This document shows, piece after piece, positions 10,215 through 19,308 of a DNA stretch of 64,000 bases. Position 1 is the first letter of the stretch. The number at the start of each line of letters is the position of its first letter. A program made the position numbers and the translations under genes. The stretch is from Armatimonadota bacterium (GTDB lineage Bacteria; Armatimonadota; SYMT01): NCBI GenBank assembly GCA_046292385.1, contig JBKBRF010000005.1, forward strand, positions 71,744 to 135,743, given 5' to 3'. The notes beneath the pieces were generated by a model. That model searched no databases and was not told the DNA's origin. It saw nothing but the letters and a program-made list of their open reading frames with translations.

Positions 10215-11682
10215 CCAGGAGCGCGAGGGCCTGCCGGGCTCCGGAAGCTTCGGGAGAGGAGAGCGCCTCCGTCAGGGCGGCACGGGCGGCCTCGGACTGG
10301 CCGGAAAGTGCGAGATGGAGGCCGCGAAAGTAGGCGACCTCCGGTCGGAATTCCGGCTGTGCGTCGACCAACCCTGCGGCTTTGTCCAGAAGAGAGCCGG
10401 CAAGAGCGTCGCCGCCGGGGTCCTGGGGATGCTTCAACGCGAGGGCCGCCCGGGTGAGGAGCAGCGCCAGGTCGTTCGGCTCCGCGCGCAGGGCCTCGTC
10501 GAGCCGGGAAGCCGCTTCCGCACAGCGGCCGGCCTGGCTGTAGGCGAAGGCGGCAATCAGGCGAAGGCGGACGCTGTCCTTCCCGCGGGACCACGCCTCG
10601 CTGCACGCGGCGAGCTCATCCCACTGCTCCTCGACGCCGTAGATGTGGAGGATCATCTCGCGCGCATCCTGCCGTGACGGGTCCCGGCGAAGGGCTGCGC
10701 GGAGCGCCGAGAGAGAGCCAGTGACGTCGTGTTGGAGCTCGTAGCGCACGAAGCCAAGAGCGGTGAGCGCCTTGCCCGCTACGGTCGAGTCGCTGTGTCG
10801 GCAGAGGCGCTGCAATCGCTCCGTGGTGCGAGAGATCGCTTCGCGGGCGGACGGAGAGAGGGCGGCCCAGGTCGTATCGAGGGCTAGCTGACCACCGGTG
10901 ACGGGTGCGGCGGCGGCGCCCTCCATCCATGGAGCGAGCGCAAGGGCATAGGGGTCGTCCCGGCCCAGCTCTCCCGCGCGGTGGTAGTCGTCCAGCGCTT
11001 CCCTCTCACGCGCCCTACCGAAGCGAAAGTTCGCGCGCGCTGCATAGACGTCCGGATTCCGAGGCGCTAAAGCCACCGCCGCGTCGAAGACCCGCTCGGC
11101 CTCGTGGAGGCTCTCAGGCGTGCCCGCGATACTCAGCGACAGGCCGAGTGCGATGCGTGTGCTGCGGCGCCCCGGCCAGCGCTCGACGGCGGTACGGAGC
11201 GTCACCGCCGCCGCAGCAGGGTCACCGGACGCCAGCTGCGCTCGCGCGAGGAGCTCCGCGGCCTGGGGGTCGTCGGGGCGGCGCTCCGCCGCGGCGAGCG
11301 CCAGCCGGACCGCGTGAGATAAGGCCTCGGCCGCCTCCTGCGGACGTCTATCCGCCCGGAGCAGCAAGCCGAGGCGATACCAGCTCCCGGCGTCGTTCCG
11401 CTGGCGATCGGCCCTCGCGTGGGCACGCCGGATCGCCTCCGGATCCACCGCCATGGACCGGAAGGCGAACCCCTCCCCCGCGATGTAACCGAGCCCCAGC
11501 GTCAGGCCCATCCGGTGATCGAGGATGCCGAACGGCAGGGACACTAGCTGCCGAACCGCCGCGGGATCGGGCGTGTTCGCCGCGAGGGGACTGCTGCTCG
11601 CCGCGGGAGCCGCCAGGACGAGACCGGCCGCCAGAACCACGCAGGCGAGGCGGGAGAATGAAGAAAGGCAGAGTTGGCGCAT
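10189..11682 (-). CDS. Tetratricopeptide repeat protein, probably exported
   Basis: Repeated TPR-like helices (WYRLGLLL, ALTALGFVRY, YFRGLHLA); hydrophobic N-terminus; start uncertain. Confidence 0.75.
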   Translation of the reverse strand: MRQLCLSSFSRLACVVLAAGLVLAAPAASSSPLAANTPDPAAVRQLVSLPFGILDHRMGLTLGLGYIAGEGFAFRSMAVDPEAIRRAHARADRQRNDAGSWYRLGLLLRADRRPQEAAEALSHAVRLALAAAERRPDDPQAAELLARAQLASGDPAAAAVTLRTAVERWPGRRSTRIALGLSLSIAGTPESLHEAERVFDAAVALAPRNPDVYAARANFRFGRAREREALDDYHRAGELGRDDPYALALAPWMEGAAAAPVTGGQLALDTTWAALSPSAREAISRTTERLQRLCRHSDSTVAGKALTALGFVRYELQHDVTGSLSALRAALRRDPSRQDAREMILHIYGVEEQWDELAACSEAWSRGKDSVRLRLIAAFAYSQAGRCAEAASRLDEALRAEPNDLALLLTRAALALKHPQDPGGDALAGSLLDKAAGLVDAQPEFRPEVAYFRGLHLALSGQSEAARAALTEALSSPEASGARQALALLAYCVSRIP

Positions 11683-11772
11683 TGTCGTTAGCTTCAACGC
11701 GTCGCGGCGAGATCACCTGCGCTCCACCGCGCTCCAACCCGGACGCGGACAAGGCTGCTCAGAGGGCCCTGC

Positions 11773-11866
11773 CTGCCGGGCGAGAAACGGAAGAGCGCTC
11801 CGCCCGGCACGATCGTTCGCGGAGCCGTAGAGGCGATCCGCTACGCAATACGCGATACGGAATACG
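11773..11866. repeat. Heptamer element, right-half copy
   Basis: CTCCGCCCGGCACGA...CGCTACGCAATACGCGATACGGAATACG. Confidence 0.8.
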
Positions 11867-11945
11867 CCCCTCTCGACTAACGTCCAACCGTCCCGGGGAC
11901 AATCCTGCCGAGTTAAGGAATGGGAACGGAAGGGAGTGAGGAGCG

Positions 11946-13076
11946 ATGGCCTATCGACGACCACTGCGGATTGGATTGGACGCCTGGCAGCCCCTGGTGC
12001 TGGGCCTGGCGCTGCACGGGGCATTGGGGCTGGCCTATTCGGCCTCGAATCCGGAGCCGGTTTCCGCCGCGCCGGACGCTCCCACCCCGGGCCACTCCGC
12101 GCCGCGCCCCGCGCACCCGTCGCCGCACGGCGGGAGTGAGGGCGTCGATCTGGCCGAGCTGGGACGGCGGCTGCAGGCGGACGGCTTGAAAGGGACGATC
12201 CACGGCGCCGACCCGACCACCGGCGCGTACGTCTTCACCTGGTGGAATCCGGAGAGCTTCTTTGAGAGCGTGCGGTTCAGCATGGTCCCGGCCAGCCGGG
12301 AGGTAGCGGCGCAGCTCGCTCCGCTGGAGCGCCACCAGGAGGTGACGCTGCGGGGCCGGCTGTTGGAAGTGCCGGGGACGCAGCCGCACCTCCGCGTGGA
12401 GTCGCTTCAGCCGGGGAAGAAGTGGGACCCCGGCGTGCGCGCTACCGTCCGCGCGCCGGAGCCGCCGCCGCTGGAGCGCGCGCTGGCGGGCAAGTCGGAG
12501 ATCCACGCGCTGGTCCACGCGGTCGATCCCGCGGGCGGCATGCTGCTGCTGGAGTACGCGGGACACGTGGTGCCGGTGCGGGTGCCGGAGCAGGACAGCC
12601 TGAAGGCGCAAGCCGGCAAGCTCTACCGTGGCGACCGCGTCCGCGCGCGCTTCCGCATCGCGGAGACCCCGAGCCGCCCGCTCCACCTGATCCTCGATCC
12701 GCAGGGCGGAGAGGCGCTGCGCGTCACCGATCGAATCGCGGAGCAGCACCGCAAGCAGCGGACGCTGGAAGGCCGGCTGGTCCTCTTCCCGCGCAGCCCG
12801 GTGCTGAACCGGAGCATCTGGGGCGTGGAAGTGCCGGGTCCGGACGGCCTCAACCGCTACTACACGCTCTTCAACCTGGAAGACCTGAAGGACCAGGACC
12901 GCACCGATGCCAAGCTGCAGAGCGCCTGGCGCGGCACGGAAGGCGTGGAAGACGCCCGGAACAAGTACCTCCACACCCGGGTGCGCGTGCGAGCCCGCGG
13001 GACGGTCCAGAACCCGGACCCCAACCAGGCGAACCCGACGCTCGTGGTGCGCTCCGATCAGGTGGAAGTGAAGTAG
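11946..13076 (+). CDS. Hypothetical exported beta-rich protein
   Basis: 376 aa, GAGGAG RBS, hydrophobic N-terminal segment, strong GC3 bias; no family recognised. Confidence 0.7.
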   Translation: MAYRRPLRIGLDAWQPLVLGLALHGALGLAYSASNPEPVSAAPDAPTPGHSAPRPAHPSPHGGSEGVDLAELGRRLQADGLKGTIHGADPTTGAYVFTWWNPESFFESVRFSMVPASREVAAQLAPLERHQEVTLRGRLLEVPGTQPHLRVESLQPGKKWDPGVRATVRAPEPPPLERALAGKSEIHALVHAVDPAGGMLLLEYAGHVVPVRVPEQDSLKAQAGKLYRGDRVRARFRIAETPSRPLHLILDPQGGEALRVTDRIAEQHRKQRTLEGRLVLFPRSPVLNRSIWGVEVPGPDGLNRYYTLFNLEDLKDQDRTDAKLQSAWRGTEGVEDARNKYLHTRVRVRARGTVQNPDPNQANPTLVVRSDQVEVK

Positions 13077-13078
13077 GG

Positions 13079-13230
13079 GTATTCCGTAGTGCGTATTCCG
13101 TAGCGACGCGCTGGTACCGCTTTGCGAAAGATCCTGCCGGGCGAGGCGTCTTGAGGAGCCCCTCGCCCGGCACGCCGTTCCGTGAAGCGAAGAGAGCACA
13201 CCGCTACGCGATACGCACTACGGAATACGC
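13079..13230. repeat. Heptamer inverted-repeat element, copy 4
   Basis: GTATTCCGTAGTGCGTATTCCGTAGCG / CGCTACGCGATACGCACTACGGAATAC; inner TGCCGGGCGAGG...CCTCGCCCGGCA. Confidence 0.9.
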
Positions 13231-13829
13231 ACAATCGTTCTCCCGCCCGGCGGCGGGGGCGGGTCGGCGAGGCCGAGGAGTCGGAGGGCGGCGTCCTGCA
13301 GGTCGACCCGGTAGCGCATTCCCATCGTTCCCCAGGCAAGCATCGCGGGGCGATACCGCTCGACCATCTCGGTGACGGTAGCCAGGCGCGCCTCCGCAAT
13401 CTCCCGGCGGTCGAGCGGGTCGAGCGTGCCGCCCGTGGCGCGGGCGAGGAACAGGTGCGTGCTCCACTTCAGGACGCTGCCGCCGCGGCTGAACTCCACC
13501 TCCGTTCGGAGCAGGTAGCGCTCAAGCCGGATCTCGAGACCGGTTTCCTCCCGCGCCTCGCGAGCGGCACCCGCCTCCACCGCCTCTCCCGGCTCCACGC
13601 CGCCGCTGGGCGGCCGGAACACCTCCGGAGGGTAGCTCGGCTTGCGGATCACGGCAAAGCGGCCCTCCGCATCGCGGATCATCAGCGTCACGTCGTGTTG
13701 CCGCCCGTGCCGGTGGCTCCCGGCGACGAGGTCGAACTCGCGGGCGTCGAACTCCATCCGGCCCACCGCCACCTCGGGGATTCCGAAGCGCTCCTCCAGT
13801 TCCCGCAGGACTGCCGCCGTCACGTGCAT
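13218..13829 (-). CDS. NUDIX hydrolase
   Basis: Nudix box GGVEPGEAVEAGAAREAREETGL. Confidence 0.9.
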   Translation of the reverse strand: MHVTAAVLRELEERFGIPEVAVGRMEFDAREFDLVAGSHRHGRQHDVTLMIRDAEGRFAVIRKPSYPPEVFRPPSGGVEPGEAVEAGAAREAREETGLEIRLERYLLRTEVEFSRGGSVLKWSTHLFLARATGGTLDPLDRREIAEARLATVTEMVERYRPAMLAWGTMGMRYRVDLQDAALRLLGLADPPPPPGGRTIVRIP

Positions 13830-13889
13830 GGGGCCGTCCGAACCGCGCGGGCTCCTGCCCACCGCCGAAAAATGCATCGTCCGCTTGCT

Positions 13890-13918
13890 TTGACGGGAGT
13901 CCGAATCGCCGGTAACAT
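13890..13918 (+). promoter_or_regulatory. Sigma70-type promoter
   Basis: TTGACG (13890-13895) - 17 bp - TAACAT (13913-13918). Confidence 0.7.
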
Positions 13919-13924
13919 ACTCTC

Positions 13925-14060
13925 AGACTAAAGGAGGTGATGACTTCATGGTAAGTGGAAGTCGAGGTGGCTGTAGGGGGTGACCCCGGCCACGGGGGGC
14001 ATCACCCCCTAATCCACAACAGTCCACCGGCGGGGGATCGAGTCATCGGTCCCCCGTTTT
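13925..14060 (+). ncRNA. Candidate structured small RNA / sORF transcript
   Basis: Lies between the promoter and a terminator; AAAGGAGGTGA, ATG at 13948 (11-aa ORF), three hairpins. Confidence 0.5.
14030..14060 (+). terminator. Rho-independent terminator
   Basis: GCGGGGGATCGA-GTCA-TCGGTCCCCCGT followed by a short T run. Confidence 0.7.
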
Positions 14061-14082
14061 CACGTTTCTGGCTCCGAATGTT

Positions 14083-14362
14083 ACTCACCACAGAGCGCAC
14101 AGAGCACACAGAGAGGAACCAGGGGGACGGGCTTGTACCGCTTTGCGATCCCCGGCTGCGGCCACGGTCCGAACCGGAATTCACCGCAGAGGCCGCGGAG
14201 GGCGCAGAGGCAACGCAGAGGGGGAACAAGAGGGATGGGCCTGGTTCGCCTGTCGAGTGCCGTGCAGCGGCGCCGGAAATGCGCCTCTTGTTCCTCTCTT
14301 TGCGTCCTTGGCGTTCTTGGCGGTTAGTTCGGTTCGGGTTCTCTCTGTGTGCTCTGTGGTTA
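14083..14362. repeat. CACAGAG/CGCAGAG composite inverted-repeat element, gene-less copy A
   Basis: CACCACAGAGCGCACAGAGCACACAGAG...CTCTCTGTGTGCTCTGTGGT; colinear with the reverse complement of 57961-58267. Confidence 0.88.
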
Positions 14363-14402
14363 AAAACGAAGCAGGCGTCCCCCGCCCCCGGGAGACGCCT
14401 GC
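14362..14402 (-). terminator. Terminator of the sigma factor gene
   Basis: On minus strand GCAGGCGTC...GACGCCTGC then TTCGTTTTT. Confidence 0.55.
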
Positions 14403-14429
14403 CGTTCGAGACCTGGCTTCTTTAAAGGC

Positions 14430-15164
14430 TTACGCGGCGCAGACCGCGTTTGCTTCGGCCCAATCGCCGAGGCGCTCGCGGAGGCGGCGGACGGCGCGGC
14501 TCTGGATCTGCTCGATCCGCTGGCGGCTGCAGCCCTGCTCCTGGGCGATGTGCGAGGTCGCGCGGCCTCGCAGCACGTTCTGCAGGATCTCCCGCTCCCG
14601 CTCCGGCAGCTCCTGGATCGCCTGGTGCAGCGAGTCCGAGAGGTGGCTCTGGCAGACCTGCTCGTCCAGCACCACGTCCGGATCGGGCAGAAGATCCATG
14701 AAGCTGTCCTCCTCCGTCTCACCCACCGGCGCGCTCAGGCTCACGAGCTGGGGGCGCAGGGTCTGCCGGTTGCGGTTCAGCCGGCAAACGCGGAGCAGCC
14801 AGTTGTGGATGGCGGTGCGGGCGTAGGTGGAGAAGGCGCCCCGATCCGGATCCCAGGCGCGCGCCGCGTGACAGAGCGCCAGCCGCGCCTCGCTGATCAG
14901 GTCCTCGCGCTCCAGCCCCAGGCCTTTCGGCACGTGGAAGCGGCGGAGGAACCAGTCTACGCCCACCTGTGCCAGCCGGTCGTTCGCGGCCACCAGCGAC
15001 TGGATGTTGCGAGAGCTGGTGCCGGTCAGGCTCGCTTCGGTGGCGGAGCCCAGCGGCGCCAGGCGGCAAGTGCCGGTGGTGCTGGTGGTCAGAGAGGAGC
15101 GGTTCTCGTGGGGGAAGCGCCGCGGGGCTCTCTCGGCGGTGGGGGCGGTGAGCGGAGTGACCAT
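14430..15164 (-). CDS. Sigma-70 family RNA polymerase sigma factor (alternative)
   Basis: Region 2 EDLISEARLALCHAARAWDPDRGAFSTYA; region 4 HTH IAQEQGCSRQRIEQIQSRAVRRLR; start uncertain. Confidence 0.88.
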   Translation of the reverse strand: MVTPLTAPTAERAPRRFPHENRSSLTTSTTGTCRLAPLGSATEASLTGTSSRNIQSLVAANDRLAQVGVDWFLRRFHVPKGLGLEREDLISEARLALCHAARAWDPDRGAFSTYARTAIHNWLLRVCRLNRNRQTLRPQLVSLSAPVGETEEDSFMDLLPDPDVVLDEQVCQSHLSDSLHQAIQELPEREREILQNVLRGRATSHIAQEQGCSRQRIEQIQSRAVRRLRERLGDWAEANAVCAA

Positions 15165-15266
15165 TGAGCTGTCTGTACCGTTCTGCGCGGGTCTCGATCG
15201 CGCGTTTGTAAAACTTGGTTTCGTTCCGGGCCCACCGGGCAAGCGCCAGTGGGTCATCCGCTTACA

Positions 15267-15323
15267 CTTATACCCGGGGCCCGATGACAGCGGGATAGAC
15301 GCCCCATGACAGTTTCATGTCAG
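15267..15323 (-). promoter_or_regulatory. Pho-box-like 11-bp-period direct repeats and -10 element upstream of the sigma gene
   Basis: Minus strand: CTGACAT-N4-CTGTCAT-N4-CGTCTAT-N4-CTGTCAT-N11-TATAAG. Confidence 0.6.
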
Positions 15324-15620
15324 CGGCCCGTCATCGATGACATGAATGCCTGGCTGCCGGCCTTGCAACCGTGAAAACCCCGGTCTCCGGGCCGCGGCGG
15401 CGGTCCCCGCGGCGGTGGGAAACGCGGGTTCAGCTGGGGTATCGCGGGGGCGCGCGGACGCCGAGAATCGATATCGAGAGAACGCCGTTTAAAGGGTGAT
15501 CGGTGCCGACAGGGATTGCGCCGGCAGCTCTCCCGACCTATCTGTGTATGGCCGGTTGGTGGGTGGCCGGCTGTCTGGCCTGGCCCCAGCGTCCCGGCAG
15601 GCGACAGGGTTTTTGACCGG

Positions 15621-17897
15621 GTGCGTACCAAGCAACCATCCCACTATTCCTCGGTACTGCTGTTCTCCGTGATCGCGCTCACGGTTGGCGGCGTGTCCCT
15701 GCAGGTTTGGAGCTCACCGGATCTCCTGCGGATCGCTCTCGTCGGCGTCACCGTCGCCGCGGCTCTCGTCTTCCCCCGTCCGGCGTACGTACTGGTCACC
15801 ATCGCGTTCACCACCCTCCAGGCCTCGCTCGCGAGCGGACGCTGGGACGAGACCTCCCAGCTGGCCGCGCAGGTGGTGCTGCCGGGGATCGGGCTTCTCT
15901 CGCTCGGCGAGTTCGTCTTCCAGATGAACGCGGAGCATCGCCGCAGCGAGGCGGTGCTCTCCAAGAGCGAAGAGCGGTTCAGCTCCATCTTCGACGCCTC
16001 GGCGATGGCGATCGCGATTCTGGACCGCGAGGGGCGCCACGTCACTCCGAACCGGGCCATGGTGCGCATGTTCGCCCGGAGCGAGGTGCCGCTCGCCGAA
16101 TCTCGCTTCTACGAGATGATGCACCCGGAGGATTCGGCCGCCAACCAGGAAGCGTTCGAAGAGCTGATGGCGGGCCGGCAGAACTATTTCCAGCGGGAGA
16201 ACCGCTACCGGCTGCGGGGACATCAGCTGCTCTGGGGCCGGTTGAGCGTCTCGCTGGTGCGGAACGCGGAAGGGCAGCCGGATTACGCCGTCTCGATCCT
16301 GGAAGACATCACTTCGCGCAAGCTGGCGGAAGAGGCGCTCCGCAAGAGCGAGGCGCGCTTCCGCGCGATTTTCGAGGGCGCGGCGATCGGCGTGGCGCTC
16401 GTCAACCAGGACGGCCGGGTGATCGAGAGCAACCCGGCGCTCCAGACGATGCTCGGCTACTCGCCGGAGCAGCTCGTCAGCATGTCGCTCTCGGAGTACA
16501 CCTACCGCCAGGATTCGAAGCGCGATCTCAAGCTGTTCCAGCGGATGATGGAGGGGGAGATCGATCACTACCAGATCGAGAAGCGGCTCATCCGCCGGGA
16601 CGGAGAGCTGATCTGGGCGCGGTTCACCGGCTCGCTGCTGCGCGATGCCGCGGGCGAGCCGCAGTACGGGATCGGGATGATCGAGGATATCACCGAGCGC
16701 CGGCGCGCCGAGGACGCGCTCCGGGAGACGGAGCAGCGCTATCGCTCGGTGGTCGACAACATCAAGGAAGTGATCTTCCAGACCTCGCCGGACGGAATCC
16801 TGACCCTGCTCAACCCCGCCTGGTTCGACCTGACCGGCTTCGAAGTGGAGGAGAGCCTCCGGTCCAACCTGCTGGAATTCATCCACCCGGACGACCGGCA
16901 GTTCTTTCTCCAGAGCATCCTGCCGGTGGTGTGGCGGCAGATGGAGTGGCAGCGGTTCAAGGTCCGCTGTGTCAACCGGGACGGGGACTCCCGCTGGGTG
17001 GAGACGTTCTACCAGCTCACGCTGAACGGCGAGGGCAACATCGTCGGCGCCTCCGGGACGATGTACGACATCACGGAGCGGATGCGCGAAGAGGCGGAGC
17101 GTCGCCGCCTGAACGAGCAGCGCGAGAACATGATCGCCACCGTCTCTCACGAGCTCCGCGCGCCGATCGCGGCGATGATCCTGAACTTCGACCTGCTGGC
17201 CGACGGAACCCTCGGCGACCTGAGCGAGGAGCAGCAGCAGTTCGTCCAGGCCTCGATCACCAGCATCCTGGACCTGGCCAAGACGGTGGACGACCTGCTG
17301 GCGGTCTCTCGCCTCCACGACGGGCGCGTCAAGCTTCACCTCGACCGCGTGGGGGTGGAGAAGCTGGTCGGGCAGGTCCACGACCGCATGCTGCCGCGGG
17401 CCCGCGGCCACCACGTGCTGCTGGAGATGGAGGTGGAGCCCGGCCTTCCGCTGGTGGAGACCGACGCCCAGCAGCTAGCCCACGTGGTCACGGAGCTGGT
17501 GGAGAACGGGATCAAGTACTCCGGGCACGTGGGCCGCGACGGGGGACGCGTTCAGGTGCGGGCGCGGCGAGGCCCGGACGGGGTGCTGATCTCCGTCAGC
17601 GACACCGGACCCGGCATCCCCGACCACGAAAAGTCCCACGTCTTCGAGCCGTTCTACCGGAGTCCCAGCGCCATGAAGGACCAGGTGCCGGGCACCGGCC
17701 TGGGGCTCCACATCGTCAAGCAGATCGCCGAGCTCATGCATCTGCAGATCCAGGCCACCGATACCCCGGGAGGCGGCGTGACATTCGAAGTGCTCGTTTC
17801 GGAGAAGTTTCCGCAGCCCCGCCCCGTGCTGCAGCAGGCCCTGACCGACCGGCACATGGCGCTCCCGGAAGCGCGGAGGGAGGGTCTCAATGGCTGA
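15621..17897 (+). CDS. Membrane-bound multi-PAS sensor histidine kinase
   Basis: N-terminal TM helices, three PAS/PAC repeats (EDIT.R), H-box VSHELRAP, ENGIKY, DTGPGI, GTGLGL; start uncertain. Confidence 0.92.
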   Translation: MRTKQPSHYSSVLLFSVIALTVGGVSLQVWSSPDLLRIALVGVTVAAALVFPRPAYVLVTIAFTTLQASLASGRWDETSQLAAQVVLPGIGLLSLGEFVFQMNAEHRRSEAVLSKSEERFSSIFDASAMAIAILDREGRHVTPNRAMVRMFARSEVPLAESRFYEMMHPEDSAANQEAFEELMAGRQNYFQRENRYRLRGHQLLWGRLSVSLVRNAEGQPDYAVSILEDITSRKLAEEALRKSEARFRAIFEGAAIGVALVNQDGRVIESNPALQTMLGYSPEQLVSMSLSEYTYRQDSKRDLKLFQRMMEGEIDHYQIEKRLIRRDGELIWARFTGSLLRDAAGEPQYGIGMIEDITERRRAEDALRETEQRYRSVVDNIKEVIFQTSPDGILTLLNPAWFDLTGFEVEESLRSNLLEFIHPDDRQFFLQSILPVVWRQMEWQRFKVRCVNRDGDSRWVETFYQLTLNGEGNIVGASGTMYDITERMREEAERRRLNEQRENMIATVSHELRAPIAAMILNFDLLADGTLGDLSEEQQQFVQASITSILDLAKTVDDLLAVSRLHDGRVKLHLDRVGVEKLVGQVHDRMLPRARGHHVLLEMEVEPGLPLVETDAQQLAHVVTELVENGIKYSGHVGRDGGRVQVRARRGPDGVLISVSDTGPGIPDHEKSHVFEPFYRSPSAMKDQVPGTGLGLHIVKQIAELMHLQIQATDTPGGGVTFEVLVSEKFPQPRPVLQQALTDRHMALPEARREGLNG

Positions 17898-18579
17898 GCC
17901 GACCGTGCTGGTGGTGGACGACCAGCCGCAGATCTTGATTCCCCTCAAGCGCAAGTTCGAGGCGGAAGGTTTTCACGTCTACACCGCTTCCAACGGCGCG
18001 CAGGCGCTGGAAGTCTTTAAGGAGAAGCGGCCGGACGTGGTGACGCTGGACATCATGATGCCGGAGATCGACGGGTTGACGGTGGTCAAGCGGATCCGCG
18101 AGATGTCCCAGGTGCCGATCATCATGCTCTCCGCCAAGTCCGAAGAATCGGACGTGGTGCTGGGGCTGGAGCTCGGCGCGGACGACTACCTGACCAAGCC
18201 GTTCCGGATCAACGAGCTCGTCTCCCGGGTGCGGGCGCTGCTGCGGCGCCCCGCCCTGGGCGGCGCCCAGAAGGCCGAGCCGGCGACGGTCGGCACCGAG
18301 CGTCTCCGACTCTCTCCGGACACGCACGAAGTGCACTTCGACGGCAGCCTGGTCACCCTCTCCCCCACCGAGTTCCGCCTCCTCGAAGTGATGCTCCAGC
18401 GGCCGGGGCATGTCTTCAGCCGGCAGAACCTGCTGGAAGCGGTCTGGGGCTATCACGGGTACGACGACAACCTGATCAACACCTACATCAAGCGGCTGCG
18501 GGAGAAGCTGGAGAAGGACCCCGCCAACCCGGAGATCGTCCTGACGGTCCGCGGCTTCGGCTACAAGGTCGCCACGTAG
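17890..18579 (+). CDS. OmpR/PhoB family response regulator
   Basis: VLVVDD, LDIMMP, GADDYLTKPF, winged helix ending TVRGFGY; overlaps the kinase stop. Confidence 0.95.
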   Translation: MAEPTVLVVDDQPQILIPLKRKFEAEGFHVYTASNGAQALEVFKEKRPDVVTLDIMMPEIDGLTVVKRIREMSQVPIIMLSAKSEESDVVLGLELGADDYLTKPFRINELVSRVRALLRRPALGGAQKAEPATVGTERLRLSPDTHEVHFDGSLVTLSPTEFRLLEVMLQRPGHVFSRQNLLEAVWGYHGYDDNLINTYIKRLREKLEKDPANPEIVLTVRGFGYKVAT

Positions 18580-18617
18580 AGATCGCGGCCCGCTCCCACC
18601 GGCGCCGGCAGCGCCGT

Positions 18618-19298
18618 TTAGTCCAGCCGCCTGATCAGCAGCTTCCGGTAGGCCACCGTGCCGTCGATGTTCTGGAACCCCAGACGACCCCGGCGCGGCC
18701 GCTCAGCCAGCGGCACGCCCCGGCTTCGTTTGCTTGTCTCCTTCGAGAGGTCCGCGTCGACGGCGGGCTTGCCGTTGAGCAGTACGGTCAGGCGAGGCCC
18801 GCGGCAGGTAATCTCCAGCGCATTCCACTCGCCCGACGGCCGGGCGGTCACCGCGGGGACGAGCTCGTCGTAAACCGCTCCGGTCTTGTCCGCCGGCCCG
18901 ATCGATTTGTGGATCTCGGCGTCCGCGTCGATCACCTGGACCTCCATCCCGCGGTAGGCCGGGTCGCCCTCTACCGGAAACCGGATGGCGATACCGCCGT
19001 TTGCTCCGGGAGCGACCTTCGCCTCGAGCTGCAGGACAAAGTCGCCGTACTCCTCCGGGGAGTAGAGCCACGTGCCGCTCGCGGCCGACGTCAACTCCCC
19101 GTCTTTAAGGGTCCAGCGCCCCTCCACGCCTCCCGGCGAGCGGGCTACGTCGTTCCAGTTGCCGACGCGCCAGCCGCGGAGACTGTCTCCCGGGAAGAGC
19201 GGCGCCAGGCGATTCTGATCCGGCGGCGCGGGTGCAGCGATCGCGATGGCGGCCGTGCCCAGCAAGACCACCAGTGCGGAAAATGAATACCTCGTCAT
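18618..19298 (-). CDS. DUF1080 / 3-keto-disaccharide hydrolase family exported protein
   Basis: Signal peptide; YGDFVLQLE, EVQVID, GEWNALEI, GRLGFQ. Confidence 0.85.
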   Translation of the reverse strand: MTRYSFSALVVLLGTAAIAIAAPAPPDQNRLAPLFPGDSLRGWRVGNWNDVARSPGGVEGRWTLKDGELTSAASGTWLYSPEEYGDFVLQLEAKVAPGANGGIAIRFPVEGDPAYRGMEVQVIDADAEIHKSIGPADKTGAVYDELVPAVTARPSGEWNALEITCRGPRLTVLLNGKPAVDADLSKETSKRSRGVPLAERPRRGRLGFQNIDGTVAYRKLLIRRLD

Positions 19299-19308
19299 GC
19301 CAATCCCC

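Noticed and set aside
9067..13230. Repeats as a CRISPR array
   Set aside because: Copies are kb apart, separated by genes, degenerate and palindromic; no regular repeat-spacer pattern and no cas genes.
13955..14425. ORFs spanning the sRNA and composite repeat (also 57904-58380)
   Set aside because: Translations (TTERTEHTE, SVPSVFSVV) merely reflect the 9-nt periodic repeat; no evidence of real genes.
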